NCBI GenBank assembly: GCA_965235115.1
Contig: OZ249436.1
Span: 25,422,001-25,486,000, forward strand
Reading direction: 5' to 3'
Origin: Laetmonice hystrix
Lineage: Eukaryota
DNA length: 64,000 nt
How positions within the stretch are numbered: the first letter of the stretch is position 1; each line of letters starts with the position of its first letter. The position numbers and the translations under genes are program-made. Shown one piece after another: positions 1 to 15,000 of this stretch. Under the pieces are notes generated by a model. The model made no database searches and was not told where the DNA came from. It worked only from the letters and a program-made list of their open reading frames with translations.

Positions 1-3000
1 GGCATAGTAAGTCAATGCGAGCTCGCATGTCAAACCTAACCCGCCCCCCAGCACATGAGCTGAAAATATTCAAATAGCTTGAAAACTAGAATATAGCTTT
101 GCTTAATACCATTATACCATCAACTCGCATTACAGGCCTAATGCGAAGCTCCCAGCCTAAAACGAGTTTCCAATTAATTTAAAGTTAACAAGATGCACTA
201 ATAATCGATTCCAAGCCTAATTAGGCCATTGCTAGTTGGATAACCAAATCTCATACAAAATACACCCTCCCGGCAGATGACCTGAGAATATTCAACTCTT
301 ATGTCCGATATATCCCTGTCCGCTTAGTAGCACCCAGCCGGGCCCCCATTTTGACATTGCAACACCAATACACCAAGTGCCCAGCTAACAGCACAAATAA
401 CAGGATTCAGGGCTTCCTACCACGTTACAAGTCACAATAGATTGCTGCCTGTCGTAAAAATATACCAGACCATTTTAAAAAGTCACAGAACCCTAATCCG
501 GCCCTAATATGTCACTCCCAGTACCAATACACTCTGGAAGCACCATCAACTGAAATTCAGGCCTAGAACCCACCTCTCTCTACCAATATCATGCACCTAG
601 TCCGTATACGAGGTTGTAATTTACTTTAATGAACGGGTTGCGCCGCAGCAACCCACTCTGGTCTTTGCAATCTTTTTCAATATGCGTTAACATTTGTAAC
701 CAGCTCAACGCGCCTTGTAAAATTTTTCAAAGTGCGTAAAAGTGTGTGTCCACCCCGTCACGCTTTCCAAACCACTATACCCACCGAGCGACATCCACTC
801 ATATACAGGCTTCGACCGATCCTCACTGTGCCAATAATCCGCCACAAGGCAAATTCAGTCAATGCAAGCTGGAAAATCGAATGTCAAACCTAATGCTCCC
901 CCCCCAGCACGTTAACTGAAAATAATCAACTAGCTTGAAAACTAGAATATAGCTTTGTTTAGCTAACAATCTACTCTCCCAGCGCCATCAACTCGCATAC
1001 AGGCGTAAAAGCAAACGCACTGCCCCATATAATGCTCCCAGCCTAAAACGATGTTGCAATTAATTTAAAATTAACAAGATGCACTAGTAATCCGATCCAA
1101 GCCTAATTACGTCATTGCTAGTTTCATAACCAAATCTCACAGAAAATACCCCACCCGCGCACATAACCTGAAAATATTCAACTTTTATCTCCAATGTATC
1201 CCTGTGCACCTAGTAGCACCCAAGCGGGCCCAATTTTGACATTCCAACACAAATACCGCAAATACCCGCCTAATGGCACAAAAAACTTTCTACCCCGTTG
1301 CAAGTCACATTAGCTTGCTGCTTGTCGTAAAAAATGGTGCAGACCATTTCTAAAGTCACAGTACCCCACTCCCGGCCTAATATTACGTTTCAGTATCCAT
1401 ATACGCTGCAAGCGGCAGGAACTCGAATACAGGCCTAAAAGTAACCCCAGTCTAGCAATATCATACTCTCATGCCATATACGAGCTTGTAATTATCTTTA
1501 ATTAATGGGCTCCGCAGCACCAACCCACTGCATTAACATTTGTTTAACAGCTTAACGCACCTTGTAAAAAATTTTCAAGTGCGTAAAAATGCGTGTCCAC
1601 CTCCACATACTTTAAAAATCACTATTTGATTCTCCAGCACGTATAGGATGTTTCAAGTAACATTTATCCACGGTCTGGCCCAACAACGTGCAACAAGGCA
1701 TAGTAAGTCAATGCGAGCTCGCATGTCAAACCTAACCCGCCCCCCAGCACATGAGCTGAAAATATTCAAATAGCTTGAAAACTAGAATATAGCTTTGCTT
1801 AATACCATTATACCATCAACTCGCATTACAGGCCTAATGCGAAGCTCCCAGCCTAAAACGAGTTTCCAATTAATTTAAAGTTAACAAGATGCACTAATAA
1901 TCGATTCCAAGCCTAATTAGGCCATTGCTAGTTGGATAACCAAATCTCATACAAAATACACCCTCCCGGCAGATGACCTGAGAATATTCAACTCTTATGT
2001 CCGATATATCCCTGTCCGCTTAGTAGCACCCAGCCGGGCCCCCATTTTGACATTGCAACACCAATACAGCAAGTGCCCAGCTAACAGCACAAATAACAGG
2101 ATTCAGGGCTTCCTACCACGTTACAAGTCACAATAGATTGCTGCCTGTCGTAAAAATATACCAGACCATTTTAAAAAGTCACAGGACCCCAATCCGGCCC
2201 TAATATGTCACTCCCAGTACCAATAGACGCTGGAAGCACCATCAACTGAAATTCAGGCCTAGAACCCACCTCTCTCTACCAATATCATGCACCTAGTCCG
2301 TATACGAGGTTGTAATTTACTTTAATCAACGGGCTGCGCCGCAGCAACCCACTCTGGTCTTTGCAATCTTTTTCAATATGCGTTAACATTTGTGACCAGC
2401 TCAACGCGCCTTGTAAAATTTTTCAAAGTGCGTAAAAGTGTGTGTCCACCCCGACACGCTTTCCAAACCACTATACCCACCGAGCGACATCCACTCAAAT
2501 ACAGGCTTCGACCGATCCTCACTGTGCCAATAATCCGGCACAAGGCAAATTCAGTCAATGCAAGCTGGAAAATCGAATGTCAAACCTAATACTCCCCCCC
2601 CCCAGCACGTTAACTGAAAATAATCAACTAGCTTGAAAACTAGAATATAGCTTTGTTTAGCTAACAATCTACTCTCCCAGCGCCATCAACTCGCATACAG
2701 GCGTAAAAGCAAACGCACTGCCCCATATAATGCTCCCAGCCTAAAACGATGTTGCAATTAATTTAAAATTAACAAGATGCACTAGTAATCCGATCCAAGC
2801 TTAATTACGTCATTGCTAGTTTCATAACCAAATCTCACAGAAAATACCCCACCCGGGCACATAACCTGAAAATATTCAACTTTTATCTCCAATGTATCCC
2901 TGTGCACCTAGTAGCACCCAAGCGGGCCCAATTTTGACATCCCAACACAAATACCGCAAATACCCGCCTAATGGCACAAAAAACTTTCTACCCCGTTGCA

Positions 3001-6000
3001 AGTCACATTAGCTTGCTGCTTGTCGTAAAAAATGGTGCAGACCATTTCTAAAGTCACAGTACCCCACTCCCGGCCTAATATTACGTTTCAGTATCCATAT
3101 ACGCTGCAAGCGGCAGGAACTCGAATACAGGCCTAAAAGTAACCCCAGTCTAGCAATATCATACTCTCATGCCATATACGAGCTTGTAATTATCTTTAAT
3201 TAATGGGCTCCGCAGCACCAACCCACTGCATTAACATTTGTTTAACAGCTTAACGCACCTTGTAAAAAATTTTCAAGTGCGTAAAAATGCGTGTCCACCT
3301 CCACATACTTTAAAAATCACTATACCCACCCAGCGACATTCACTCTAATACACGCCTAAGAGGAACTTCACTTTCCCATTTGATCCTCCAGCACGTATAG
3401 GATGTTTCAAGTAACATTTATCCACGGTCTGGCCCAATAACGTGCAACAAGGCATAGTAAGTCAATGCGACCTCGCATGTCAAACCTAACCCGCCCCCCA
3501 GCACATGAGGTGGAGATATTCAAATAGCTTGAAAACTAGAATATAGCTTTGCTTAATACCATTATACCATCAACTCGCATTACAGGCCTAATGCGAAGCT
3601 CCCAGCCTAAAACGAGTTTCCAATTAATTTAAAGTTAACAAGATGCACTAATAATCGATTCCAAGCCTAATTAGGCCATTGCTAGTTGGATAACCAAATC
3701 TCATACAAAATACACCCTCCCGGCAGATGACCTGAGAATATTCAACTCTTATGTCCGATATATCCCTGTCCGCTTAGTAGCACCCAGCCGGGCCCCCATT
3801 TTGACATTGCAACACCAATACACCAAGTGCCCAGCTAACAGCACAAATAACAGGATTCAGGGCTTCCTACCACGTTACAAGTCACAATAGATTGCTGCCT
3901 GTCGTAAAAATATACCAGACCATTTTAAAAAGTCACAGAACCCTAATCCGGCCCTAATATGTCACTCCCAGTACCAATACACTCTGGAAGCACCATCAAC
4001 TGAAATTCAGGCCTAGAACCCACCTCTCTCTACCAATATCATGCACCTAGTCCGTATACGAGGTTGTAATTTACTTTAATGAACGGGTTGCGCCGCAGCA
4101 ACCCACTCTGGTCTTTGCAATCTTTTTCAATATGCGTTAACATTTGTAACCAGCTCAACGCGCCTTGTAAAATTTTTCAAAGTGCGTAAAAGTGTGTGTC
4201 CACCCCGTCACGCTTTCCAAACCACTATACCCACCGAGCGACATCCACTCATATACAGGCTTCGACCGATCCTCACTGTGCCAATAATCCGCCACAAGGC
4301 AAATTCAGTCAATGCAAGCTGGAAAATCGAATGTCAAACCTAATGCTCCCCCCCCAGCACGTTAACTGAAAATAATCAACTAGCTTGAAAACTAGAATAT
4401 AGCTTTGTTTAGCTAACAATCTACTCTCCCAGCGCCATCAACTCGCATACAGGCGTAAAAGCAAACGCACTGCCCCATATAATGCTCCCAGCCTAAAACG
4501 ATGTTGCAATTAATTTAAAATTAACAAGATGCACTAGTAATCCGATCCAAGCCTAATTACGTCATTGCTAGTTTCATAACCAAATCTCACAGAAAATACC
4601 CCACCCGCGCACATAACCTGAAAATATTCAACTTTTATCTCCAATGTATCCCTGTGCACCTAGTAGCACCCAAGCGGGCCCAATTTTGACATTCCAACAC
4701 AAATACCGCAAATACCCGCCTAATGGCACAAAAAACTTTCTACCCCGTTGCAAGTCACATTAGCTTGCTGCTTGTCGTAAAAAATGGTGCAGACCATTTC
4801 TAAAGTCACAGTACCCCACTCCCGGCCTAATATTACGTTTCAGTATCCATATACGCTGCAAGCGGCAGGAACTCGAATACAGGCCTAAAAGTAACCCCAG
4901 TCTAGCAATATCATACTCTCATGCCATATACGAGCTTGTAATTATCTTTAATTAATGGGCTCCGCAGCACCAACCCACTGCATTAACATTTGTTTAACAG
5001 CTTAACGCACCTTGTAAAAAATTTTCAAGTGCGTAAAAATGCGTGTCCACCTCCACATACTTTAAAAATCACTATTTGATTCTCCAGCACGTATAGGATG
5101 TTTCAAGTAACATTTATCCACGGTCTGGCCCAACAACGTGCAACAAGGCATAGTAAGTCAATGCGAGCTCGCATGTCAAACCTAACCCGCCCCCCAGCAC
5201 ATGAGCTGAAAATATTCAAATAGCTTGAAAACTAGAATATAGCTTTGCTTAATACCATTATACCATCAACTCGCATTACAGGCCTAATGCGAAGCTCCCA
5301 GCCTAAAACGAGTTTCCAATTAATTTAAAGTTAACAAGATGCACTAATAATCGATTCCAAGCCTAATTAGGCCATTGCTAGTTGGATAACCAAATCTCAT
5401 ACAAAATACACCCTCCCGGCAGATGACCTGAGAATATTCAACTCTTATGTCCGATATATCCCTGTCCGCTTAGTAGCACCCAGCCGGGCCCCCATTTTGA
5501 CATTGCAACACCAATACAGCAAGTGCCCAGCTAACAGCACAAATAACAGGATTCAGGGCTTCCTACCACGTTACAAGTCACAATAGATTGCTGCCTGTCG
5601 TAAAAATATACCAGACCATTTTAAAAAGTCACAGGACCCCAATCCGGCCCTAATATGTCACTCCCAGTACCAATAGACGCTGGAAGCACCATCAACTGAA
5701 ATTCAGGCCTAGAACCCACCTCTCTCTACCAATATCATGCACCTAGTCCGTATACGAGGTTGTAATTTACTTTAATCAACGGGCTGCGCCGCAGCAACCC
5801 ACTCTGGTCTTTGCAATCTTTTTCAATATGCGTTAACATTTGTGACCAGCTCAACGCGCCTTGTAAAATTTTTCAAAGTGCGTAAAAGTGTGTGTCCACC
5901 CCGACACGCTTTCCAAACCACTATACCCACCGAGCGACATCCACTCAAATACAGGCTTCGACCGATCCTCACTGTGCCAATAATCCGGCACAAGGCAAAT

Positions 6001-9000
6001 TCAGTCAATGCAAGCTGGAAAATCGAATGTCAAACCTAATACTCCCCCCCCCCAGCACGTTAACTGAAAATAATCAACTAGCTTGAAAACTAGAATATAG
6101 CTTTGTTTAGCTAACAATCTACTCTCCCAGCGCCATCAACTCGCATACAGGCGTAAAAGCAAACGCACTGCCCCATATAATGCTCCCAGCCTAAAACGAT
6201 GTTGCAATTAATTTAAAATTAACAAGATGCACTAGTAATCCGATCCAAGCTTAATTACGTCATTGCTAGTTTCATAACCAAATCTCACAGAAAATACCCC
6301 ACCCGGGCACATAACCTGAAAATATTCAACTTTTATCTCCAATGTATCCCTGTGCACCTAGTAGCACCCAAGCGGGCCCAATTTTGACATCCCAACACAA
6401 ATACCGCAAATACCCGCCTAATGGCACAAAAAACTTTCTACCCCGTTGCAAGTCACATTAGCTTGCTGCTTGTCGTAAAAAATGGTGCAGACCATTTCTA
6501 AAGTCACAGTACCCCACTCCCGGCCTAATATTACGTTTCAGTATCCATATACGCTGCAAGCGGCAGGAACTCGAATACAGGCCTAAAAGTAACCCCAGTC
6601 TAGCAATATCATACTCTCATGCCATATACGAGCTTGTAATTATCTTTAATTAATGGGCTCCGCAGCACCAACCCACTGCATTAACATTTGTTTAACAGCT
6701 TAACGCACCTTGTAAAAAATTTTCAAGTGCGTAAAAATGCGTGTCCACCTCCACATACTTTAAAAATCACTATACCCACCCAGCGACATTCACTCTAATA
6801 CACGCCTAAGAGGAACTTCACTTTCCCATTTGATCCTCCAGCACGTATAGGATGTTTCAAGTAACATTTATCCACGGTCTGGCCCAATAACGTGCAACAA
6901 GGCATAGTAAGTCAATGCGACCTCGCATGTCAAACCTAACCCGCCCCCCAGCACATGAGGTGGAGATATTCAAATAGCTTGAAAACTAGAATATAGCTTT
7001 GCTTAATACCATTATACCATCAACTCGCATTACAGGCCTAATGCGAAGCTCCCAGCCTAAAACGAGTTTCCAATTAATTTAAAGTTAACAAGATGCACTA
7101 ATAATCGATTCCAAGCCTAATTAGGCCATTGCTAGTTGGATAACCAAATCTCATACAAAATACACCCTCCCGGCAGATGACCTGAGAATATTCAACTCTT
7201 ATGTCCGATATATCCCTGTCCGCTTAGTAGCACCCAGCCGGGCCCCCATTTTGACATTGCAACACCAATACAGCAAGTGCCCAGCTAACAGCACAAATAA
7301 CAGGATTCAGGGCTTCCTACCACGTTACAAGTCACAATAGATTGCTGCCTGTCGTAAAAATATACCAGACCATTTTAAAAAGTCACAGAACCCCAATCCG
7401 GCCCTAATATGTCACTCCCAGTACCAATACACTCTGGAAGCACCATCAACTGAAATTCAGGCCTAGAACCCACCTCTCTCTACCAATATCATGCACCTAG
7501 TCCGTATACGAGGTTGTAATTTCCTTTAATCAACGGGCTGCGCCGCAGCAACCCACTCTGGTCTTTGCAATCTTTTTCAATATGCGTTAACATTTGTGAC
7601 CAGCTCAACGCGCCTTGTAAAATTTTTCAAAGTGCGTAAAAGTGTGTGTCCACCCCGTCACGCTTTCCAAACCACTATACCCACCGAGCGACATCCACTC
7701 AAATACAGGCTTCGACCGATCCTCACTGTGCCAATAATCCGCCACGAGGCAAATTCAGTCAATGCAAGCTGGAAAATCGAATGTCAAACCTAATGCTCCC
7801 CCCCCAGCACGTTAACTGAAAATAATCAACTAGCTTGAAAACTAGAATATAGCTTTGTTTAGCTAACAATCTACTCTCCCAGCGCCATCAACTCGCATAC
7901 AGGCGTAAAAGCAAACGCACTGCCCCATATAATGCTCCCAGCCTAAAACGATGTTGCAATTAATTTAAAATTAACAAGATGCACTAGTAATCCGATCCAA
8001 GCCTAATTACGTCATTGCTAGTTTCATAACCAAATCTCACAGAAAATACCCCACCCGCGCACATAACCTGAAAATATTCAACTTTTATCTCCAATGTATC
8101 CCTGTGCACCTAGTAGCACCCAAGCGGGCCCAATTTTGACATTCCAACACAAATACCGCAAATACCCGCCTAATGGCACAAAAAACTTTCTACCCCGTTG
8201 CAAGTCACATTAGCTTGCTGCTTGTCGTAAAAAATGGTGCAGACCATTTCTAAAGTCACAGTACCCCACTCTCGGCCTAATATTACGTTTCAGTATCCAT
8301 ATACGCTGCAAGCGGCAAGAACTCGAATACAGGCCTAAAGGTAACCCCAGTCTAGCAATATCATACTCTCATGCCATATACGAGCTTGTAATTATCTTTA
8401 ATTAATGGGCTCCGCAGCACCAACCCACTGCATTAACATTTGTTTAACAGCTTAACGCACCTTGTAAAAAATGTTCAAGTGCGTAAAAATGCGTGTCCAC
8501 CTCCACATACTTTAAAAATCACTATACCCACCCAGCGACATTCACTCTAATACACGCCTAAGAGGAACTTCACTGTCCCATTTGATTCTCCAGCACGTAT
8601 AGGATGTTTCAAGTAACATTCATCCACGGTCTGGCCCAATAACGTGCAACAAGGCATAGTAAGTCAATGCGAGCTCGCATGTCAAACCTAACCCGCCCCC
8701 CAGCACATGAGCTGAAAATATTCAAATAGCTTGAAAACTAGAATATAGCTTTGCTTAATACCATTATACCATCAACTCGCATTACAGGCCTAATGCGAAG
8801 CTCCCAGCCTAAAACGAGTTTCCAATTAATTTAAAGTTAACAAGATGCACTAATAATCGATTCCAAGCCTAATTAGGCCATTGCTAGTTGGATAACCAAA
8901 TCTCATACAAAATACACCCTCCCGGCAGATGACCTGAGAATATTCAACTCTTATGTCCGATATATCCCTGTCCGCTTAGTAGTACCCAGCCGGGCCCCCA

Positions 9001-12000
9001 TTTTGACATTGCAACACCAATACACCAAGTGCCCAGCTAACAGCACAAATAACAGGATTCAGGGCTTCCTACCACGTTACAAGTCACAATAGATTGCTGC
9101 CTGTCGTAAAAATATACCAGACCATTTTAAAAAGTCACAGAACCCTAATCCGGCCCTAATATGTCACTCCCAGTACCAATACACTCTGGAAGCACCATCA
9201 ACTGAAATTCAGGCCTAGAACCCACCTCTCTCTACCAATATCATGCACCTAGTCCGTATACGAGGTTGTAATTTACTTTAATCAACGGGCTGCGCCGCAG
9301 CAACCCACTCTGGTCTTTGCAATCTTTTTCAATATGCGTTAACATTTGTAACCAGCTCAACGCGCCTTGTAAAATTTTTCAAAGTGCGTAAAAGTGTGTG
9401 TCCACCCCGACACGCTTTCCAAACCACTATACCCACCGAGCGACATCCACTCAAATACAGGCTTCGACCGATCCTCACTGTGCCAATAATCCGGCACAAG
9501 GCAAATTCAGTCAATGCAAGCTGGAAAATCGAATGTCAAACGTAATACTCCCCCCCCCCCAGCACGTTAACTGAAAATAATCAACTAGCTTGAAAACTAG
9601 AATATAGCTTTGTTTAGCTAACAATCTACTCTCCCAGCGCCATCAACTCGCATACAGGCGTAAAAGCAAACGCACTGCCCCATATAATGCTCCCAGCCTA
9701 AAACGATGTTGCAATTAATTTAAAATTAACAAGATGCACTAGTAATCCGATCCAAGCTTAATTACGTCATTGCTAGTTTCATAACCAAATCTCACAGAAA
9801 ATACCCCACCCGGGCACATAACCTGAAAATATTCAACTTTTATCTCCAATGTATCCCTGTGCACCTAGTAGCACCCAAGCGGGCCCAATTTTGACATCCC
9901 AACACAAATACCGCAAATACCCGCCTAATGGCACAAAAAACTTTCTACCCCGTTGCAAGTCACATTAGCTTGCTGCTTGTCGTAAAAAATGGTGCAGACC
10001 ATTTCTAAAGTCACAGTACCCCACTCCCGGCCTAATATTACGTTTCAGTATCCATATACGCTGCAAGCGGCAGGAACTCGAATACAGGCCTAAAAGTAAC
10101 CCCAGTCTAGCAATATCATACTCTCATGCCATATACGAGCTTGTAATTATCTTTAATTAATGGGCTCCGCAGCACCAACCCACTGCATTAACATTTGTTT
10201 AACAGCTTAACGCACCTTGTAAAAAATTTTCAAGTGCGTAAAAATGCGTGTCCACCTCCACATACTTTAAAAATCACTATACCCACCCAGCGACATTCAC
10301 TCTAATACACGCCTAAGAGGAACTTTACTGTCCCATTTGATCCTCCAGCACGTATAGGATGTTTCAAGTAACATTTATCCACGGTCTGGCCCAATAACGT
10401 GCAACAAGGCATAGTAAGTCAATGCGACCTCGCATGTCAAACCTAACCCGCCCCCCAGCACATGAGGTGGAGATATTCAAATAGCTTGAAAACTAGAATA
10501 TAGCTTTGCTTAATACCATTATACCATCAACTCGCATTACAGGCCTAATGCGAAGCTCCCAGCCTAAAACGAGTTTCCAATTAATTTAAAGTTAACAAGA
10601 TGCACTAATAATCGATTCCAAGCCTAATTAGGCCATTGCTAGTTGGATAACCAAATCTCATACAAAATACACCCTCCCGGCAGATGACCTGAGAATATTC
10701 AACTCTTATGTCCGATATATCCCTGTCCGCTTAGTAGCACCCAGCCGGGCCCCCATTTTGACATTGCAACACCAATACAGCAAGTGCCCAGCTAACAGCA
10801 CAAATAACAGGATTCAGGGCTTCCTACCACGTTACAAGTCACAATAGATTGCTGCCTGTCGTAAAAATATACCAGACCATTTTAAAAAGTCACAGAACCC
10901 CAATCCGGCCCTAATATGTCACTCCCAGTACCAATACACTCTGGAAGCACCATCAACTGAAATTCAGGCCTAGAACCCACCTCTCTCTACCAATATCATG
11001 CACCTAGTCCGTATACGAGGTTGTAATTTCCTTTAATCAACGGGTTGCGCCGCAGCAACCCACTCTGGTCTTTGCAATCTTTTTCAATATGCGTTAACAT
11101 TTGTGACCAGCTCAACGCGCCTTGTAAAATTTTTCAAAGTGCGTAAAAGTGTGTGTCCACCCCGTCACGCTTTCCAAACCACTATACCCACCGAGCGACA
11201 TCCACTCAAATACAGGCTTCGACCGATCCTCACTGTGCCAATAATCCGCCACAAGGCAAATTCAGTCAATGCAAGCTGGAAAATCGAATGTCAAACCTAA
11301 TGCTCCCCCCCCCCCCAGCACGTTAACTGAAAATAACCAACTAGCTTGAAAACTAGAATATAGCTTTGTTTAGCTAACAATCTACTCTCCCAGCGCCATC
11401 AACTCGCATACAGGGGTAAAAGCAAACGCACTGCCCCATATAATGCTCCCAGCCTAAAACGATGTTGCAATTAATTTAAAATTAACAAGATGCACTAGTA
11501 ATCCGATCCAAGCCTAATTACGTCATTGCTAGTTTCATAACCAAATCTCACAGAAAATACCCCACCCGCGCACATAACCTGAAAATATTCAACTTTTATC
11601 TCCAATGTATCCCTGTGCACCTAGTAGCACCCAAGCGGGCCCAATTTTGACATTCCAACACAAATACCGCAAATACCCGCCTAATGGCACAAAAAACTTT
11701 CTACCCCGTTGCAAGTCACATTAGCTTGCTGCTTGTCGTAAAAAATGGTGCAGACCATTTCTAAAGTCACAGTACCCCACTCCCGGCCTAATATTACGTT
11801 TCAGTATCCATATACGCTGCAAGCGGCAGGAACTCGAATACAGGCCTAAAAGTAACCCCAGTCTAGCAATATCATACTCTCATGCCATATACGAGCTTGT
11901 AATTATCTTTAATTAATGGGCTCCGCAGCACCAACCCACTGCATTAACATTTGTTTAACAGCTTAACGCACCTTGTAAAAAATTTTCAAGTGCGTAAAAA

Positions 12001-15000
12001 TGCGTGTCCACCTCCACATACTTTAAAAATCACTATACCCACCCAGCGACATTCACTCTAATACACGCCTAAGAGGAACTTTACTGTCCCATTTGATCCT
12101 CCAGCACGTATAGGATGTTTCAAGTAACATTTATCCACGGTCTGGCCCAATAACGTGCAACAAGGCATAGTAAGTCAATGCGACCTCGCATGTCAAACCT
12201 AACCCGCCCCCCAGCACATGAGGTGGAGATATTCAAATAGCTTGAAAACTAGAATATAGCTTTGCTTAATACCATTATACCATCAACTCGCATTACAGGC
12301 CTAATGCGAAGCTCCCAGCCTAAAACGAGTTTCCAATTAATTTAAAGTTAACAAGATGCACTAATAATCGATTCCAAGCCTAATTAGGCCATTGCTAGTT
12401 GGATAACCAAATCTCATACAAAATACACCCTCCCGGCAGATGACCTGAGAATATTCAACTCTTATGTCCGATATATCCCTGTCCGCTTAGTAGCACCCAG
12501 CCGGGCCCCCATTTTGACATTGCAACACCAATACAGCAAGTGCCCAGCTAACAGCACAAATAACAGGATTCAGGGCTTCCTACCACGTTACAAGTCACAA
12601 TAGATTGCTGCCTGTCGTAAAAATATACCAGACCATTTTAAAAAGTCACAGAACCCCAATCCGGCCCTAATATGTCACTCCCAGTACCAATACACTCTGG
12701 AAGCACCATCAACTGAAATTCAGGCCTAGAACCCACCTCTCTCTACCAATATCATGCACCTAGTCCGTATACGAGGTTGTAATTTCCTTTAATCAACGGG
12801 TTGCGCCGCAGCAACCCACTCTGGTCTTTGCAATCTTTTTCAATATGCGTTAACATTTGTGACCAGCTCAACGCGCCTTGTAAAATTTTTCAAAGTGCGT
12901 AAAAGTGTGTGTCCACCCCGTCACGCTTTCCAAACCACTATACCCACCGAGCGACATCCACTCAAATACAGGCTTCGACCGATCCTCACTGTGCCAATAA
13001 TCCGCCACAAGGCAAATTCAGTCAATGCAAGCTGGAAAATCGAATGTCAAACCTAATGCTCCCCCCCCCCCAGCACGTTAACTGAAAATAACCAACTAGC
13101 TTGAAAACTAGAATATAGCTTTGTTTAGCTAACAATCTACTCTCCCAGCGCCATCAACTCGCATACAGGGGTAAAAGCAAACGCACTGCCCCATATAATG
13201 CTCCCAGCCTAAAACGATGTTGCAATTAATTTAAAATTAACAAGATGCACTAGTAATCCGATCCAAGCCTAATTACGTCATTGCTAGTTTCATAACCAAA
13301 TCTCACAGAAAATACCCCACCCGCGCACATAACCTGAAAATATTCAACTTTTATCTCCAATGTATCCCTGTGCACCTAGTAGCACCCAAGCGGGCCCAAT
13401 TTTGACATTCCAACACAAATACCGCAAATACCCGCCTAATGGCACAAAAAACTTTCTACCCCGTTGCAAGTCACATTAGCTTGCTGCTTGTCGTAAAAAA
13501 TGGTGCAGACCATTTCTAAAGTCACAGTACCCCACTCCCGGCCTAATATTACGTTTCAGTATCCATATACGCTGCAAGCGGCAGGAACTCGAATACAGGC
13601 CTAAAAGTAACCCCAGTCTAGCAATATCATACTCTCATGCCATATACGAGCTTGTAATTATCTTTAATTAATGGGCTCCGCAGCACCAACCCACTGCATT
13701 AACATTTGTTTAACAGCTTAACGCACCTTGTAAAAAAATTTCAAGTGCGTAAAAATGCGTGTCCACCTCCACATACTTTAAAAATCACTATTTGATTCTC
13801 CAGCACGTATAGGATGTTTCAAGTAACATTTATCCACGGTCTGGCCCAACAACGTGCAACAAGGCATAGTAAGTCAATGCGAGCTCGCATGTCAAACCTA
13901 ACCCGCCCCCCAGCACATGAGCTGAAAATATTCAAATAGCTTGAAAACTAGAATATAGCTTTGCTTAATACCATTATACCATCAACTCGCATTACAGGCC
14001 TAATGCGAAGCTCCCAGCCTAAAACGAGTTTCCAATTAATTTAAAGTTAACAAGATGCACTAATAATCGATTCCAAGCCTAATTAGGCCATTGCTAGTTG
14101 GATAACCAAATCTCATACAAAATACACCCTCCCGGCAGATGACCTGAGAATATTCAACTCTTATGTCCGATATATCCCTGTCCGCTTAGTAGCACCCAGC
14201 CGGGCCCCCATTTTGACATTGCAACACCAATACAGCAAGTGCCCAGCTAACAGCACAAATAACAGGATTCAGGGCTTCCTACCACGTTACAAGTCACAAT
14301 AGATTGCTGCCTGTCGTAAAAATATACCAGACCATTTTAAAAAGTCACAGGACCCCAATCCGGCCCTAATATGTCACTCCCAGTACCAATAGACGCTGGA
14401 AGCACCATCAACTGAAATTCAGGCCTAGAACCCACCTCTCTCTACCAATATCATGCACCTAGTCCGTATACGAGGTTGTAATTTACTTTAATCAACGGGC
14501 TGCGCCGCAGCAACCCACTCTGGTCTTTGCAATCTTTTTCAATATGCGTTAACATTTGTGACCAGCTCAACGTGCCTTGTAAAATTTTTCAAAGTGCGTA
14601 AAAGTGTGTGTCCACCCCGACACGCTTTCCAAACCACTATACCCACCGAGCGACATCCACTCAAATACAGGCTTCGACCGATCCTCACTGTGCCAATAAT
14701 CCGCCACAAGGCAAATTCAGTCAATGCAAGCTGGAAAATCGAATGTCAAACCTAATGCTCCCCCCCCCCAGCACGTTAACTGAAAATAATCAACTAGCTT
14801 GAAAACTAGAATATAGCTTTGTTAAGCTAACAATCTACTCTCCCAGCGCCATCAACTCGCATACAGGCGTAAAAGCAAACGCACTGCCCCATATAATGCT
14901 CCCAGCCTAAAACGATGTTGCAATTAATTTAAAATTAACAAGATGCACTAGTAATCCGATCCAAGCCTAATTACGTCATTGCTAGTTTCATAACCAAATC

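Noticed and set aside
1..1696. 5S/tRNA/snRNA/histone repeat unit
   Set aside because: I could not recognise any such gene sequence on either strand. An Rfam search would be needed to exclude a divergent RNA.
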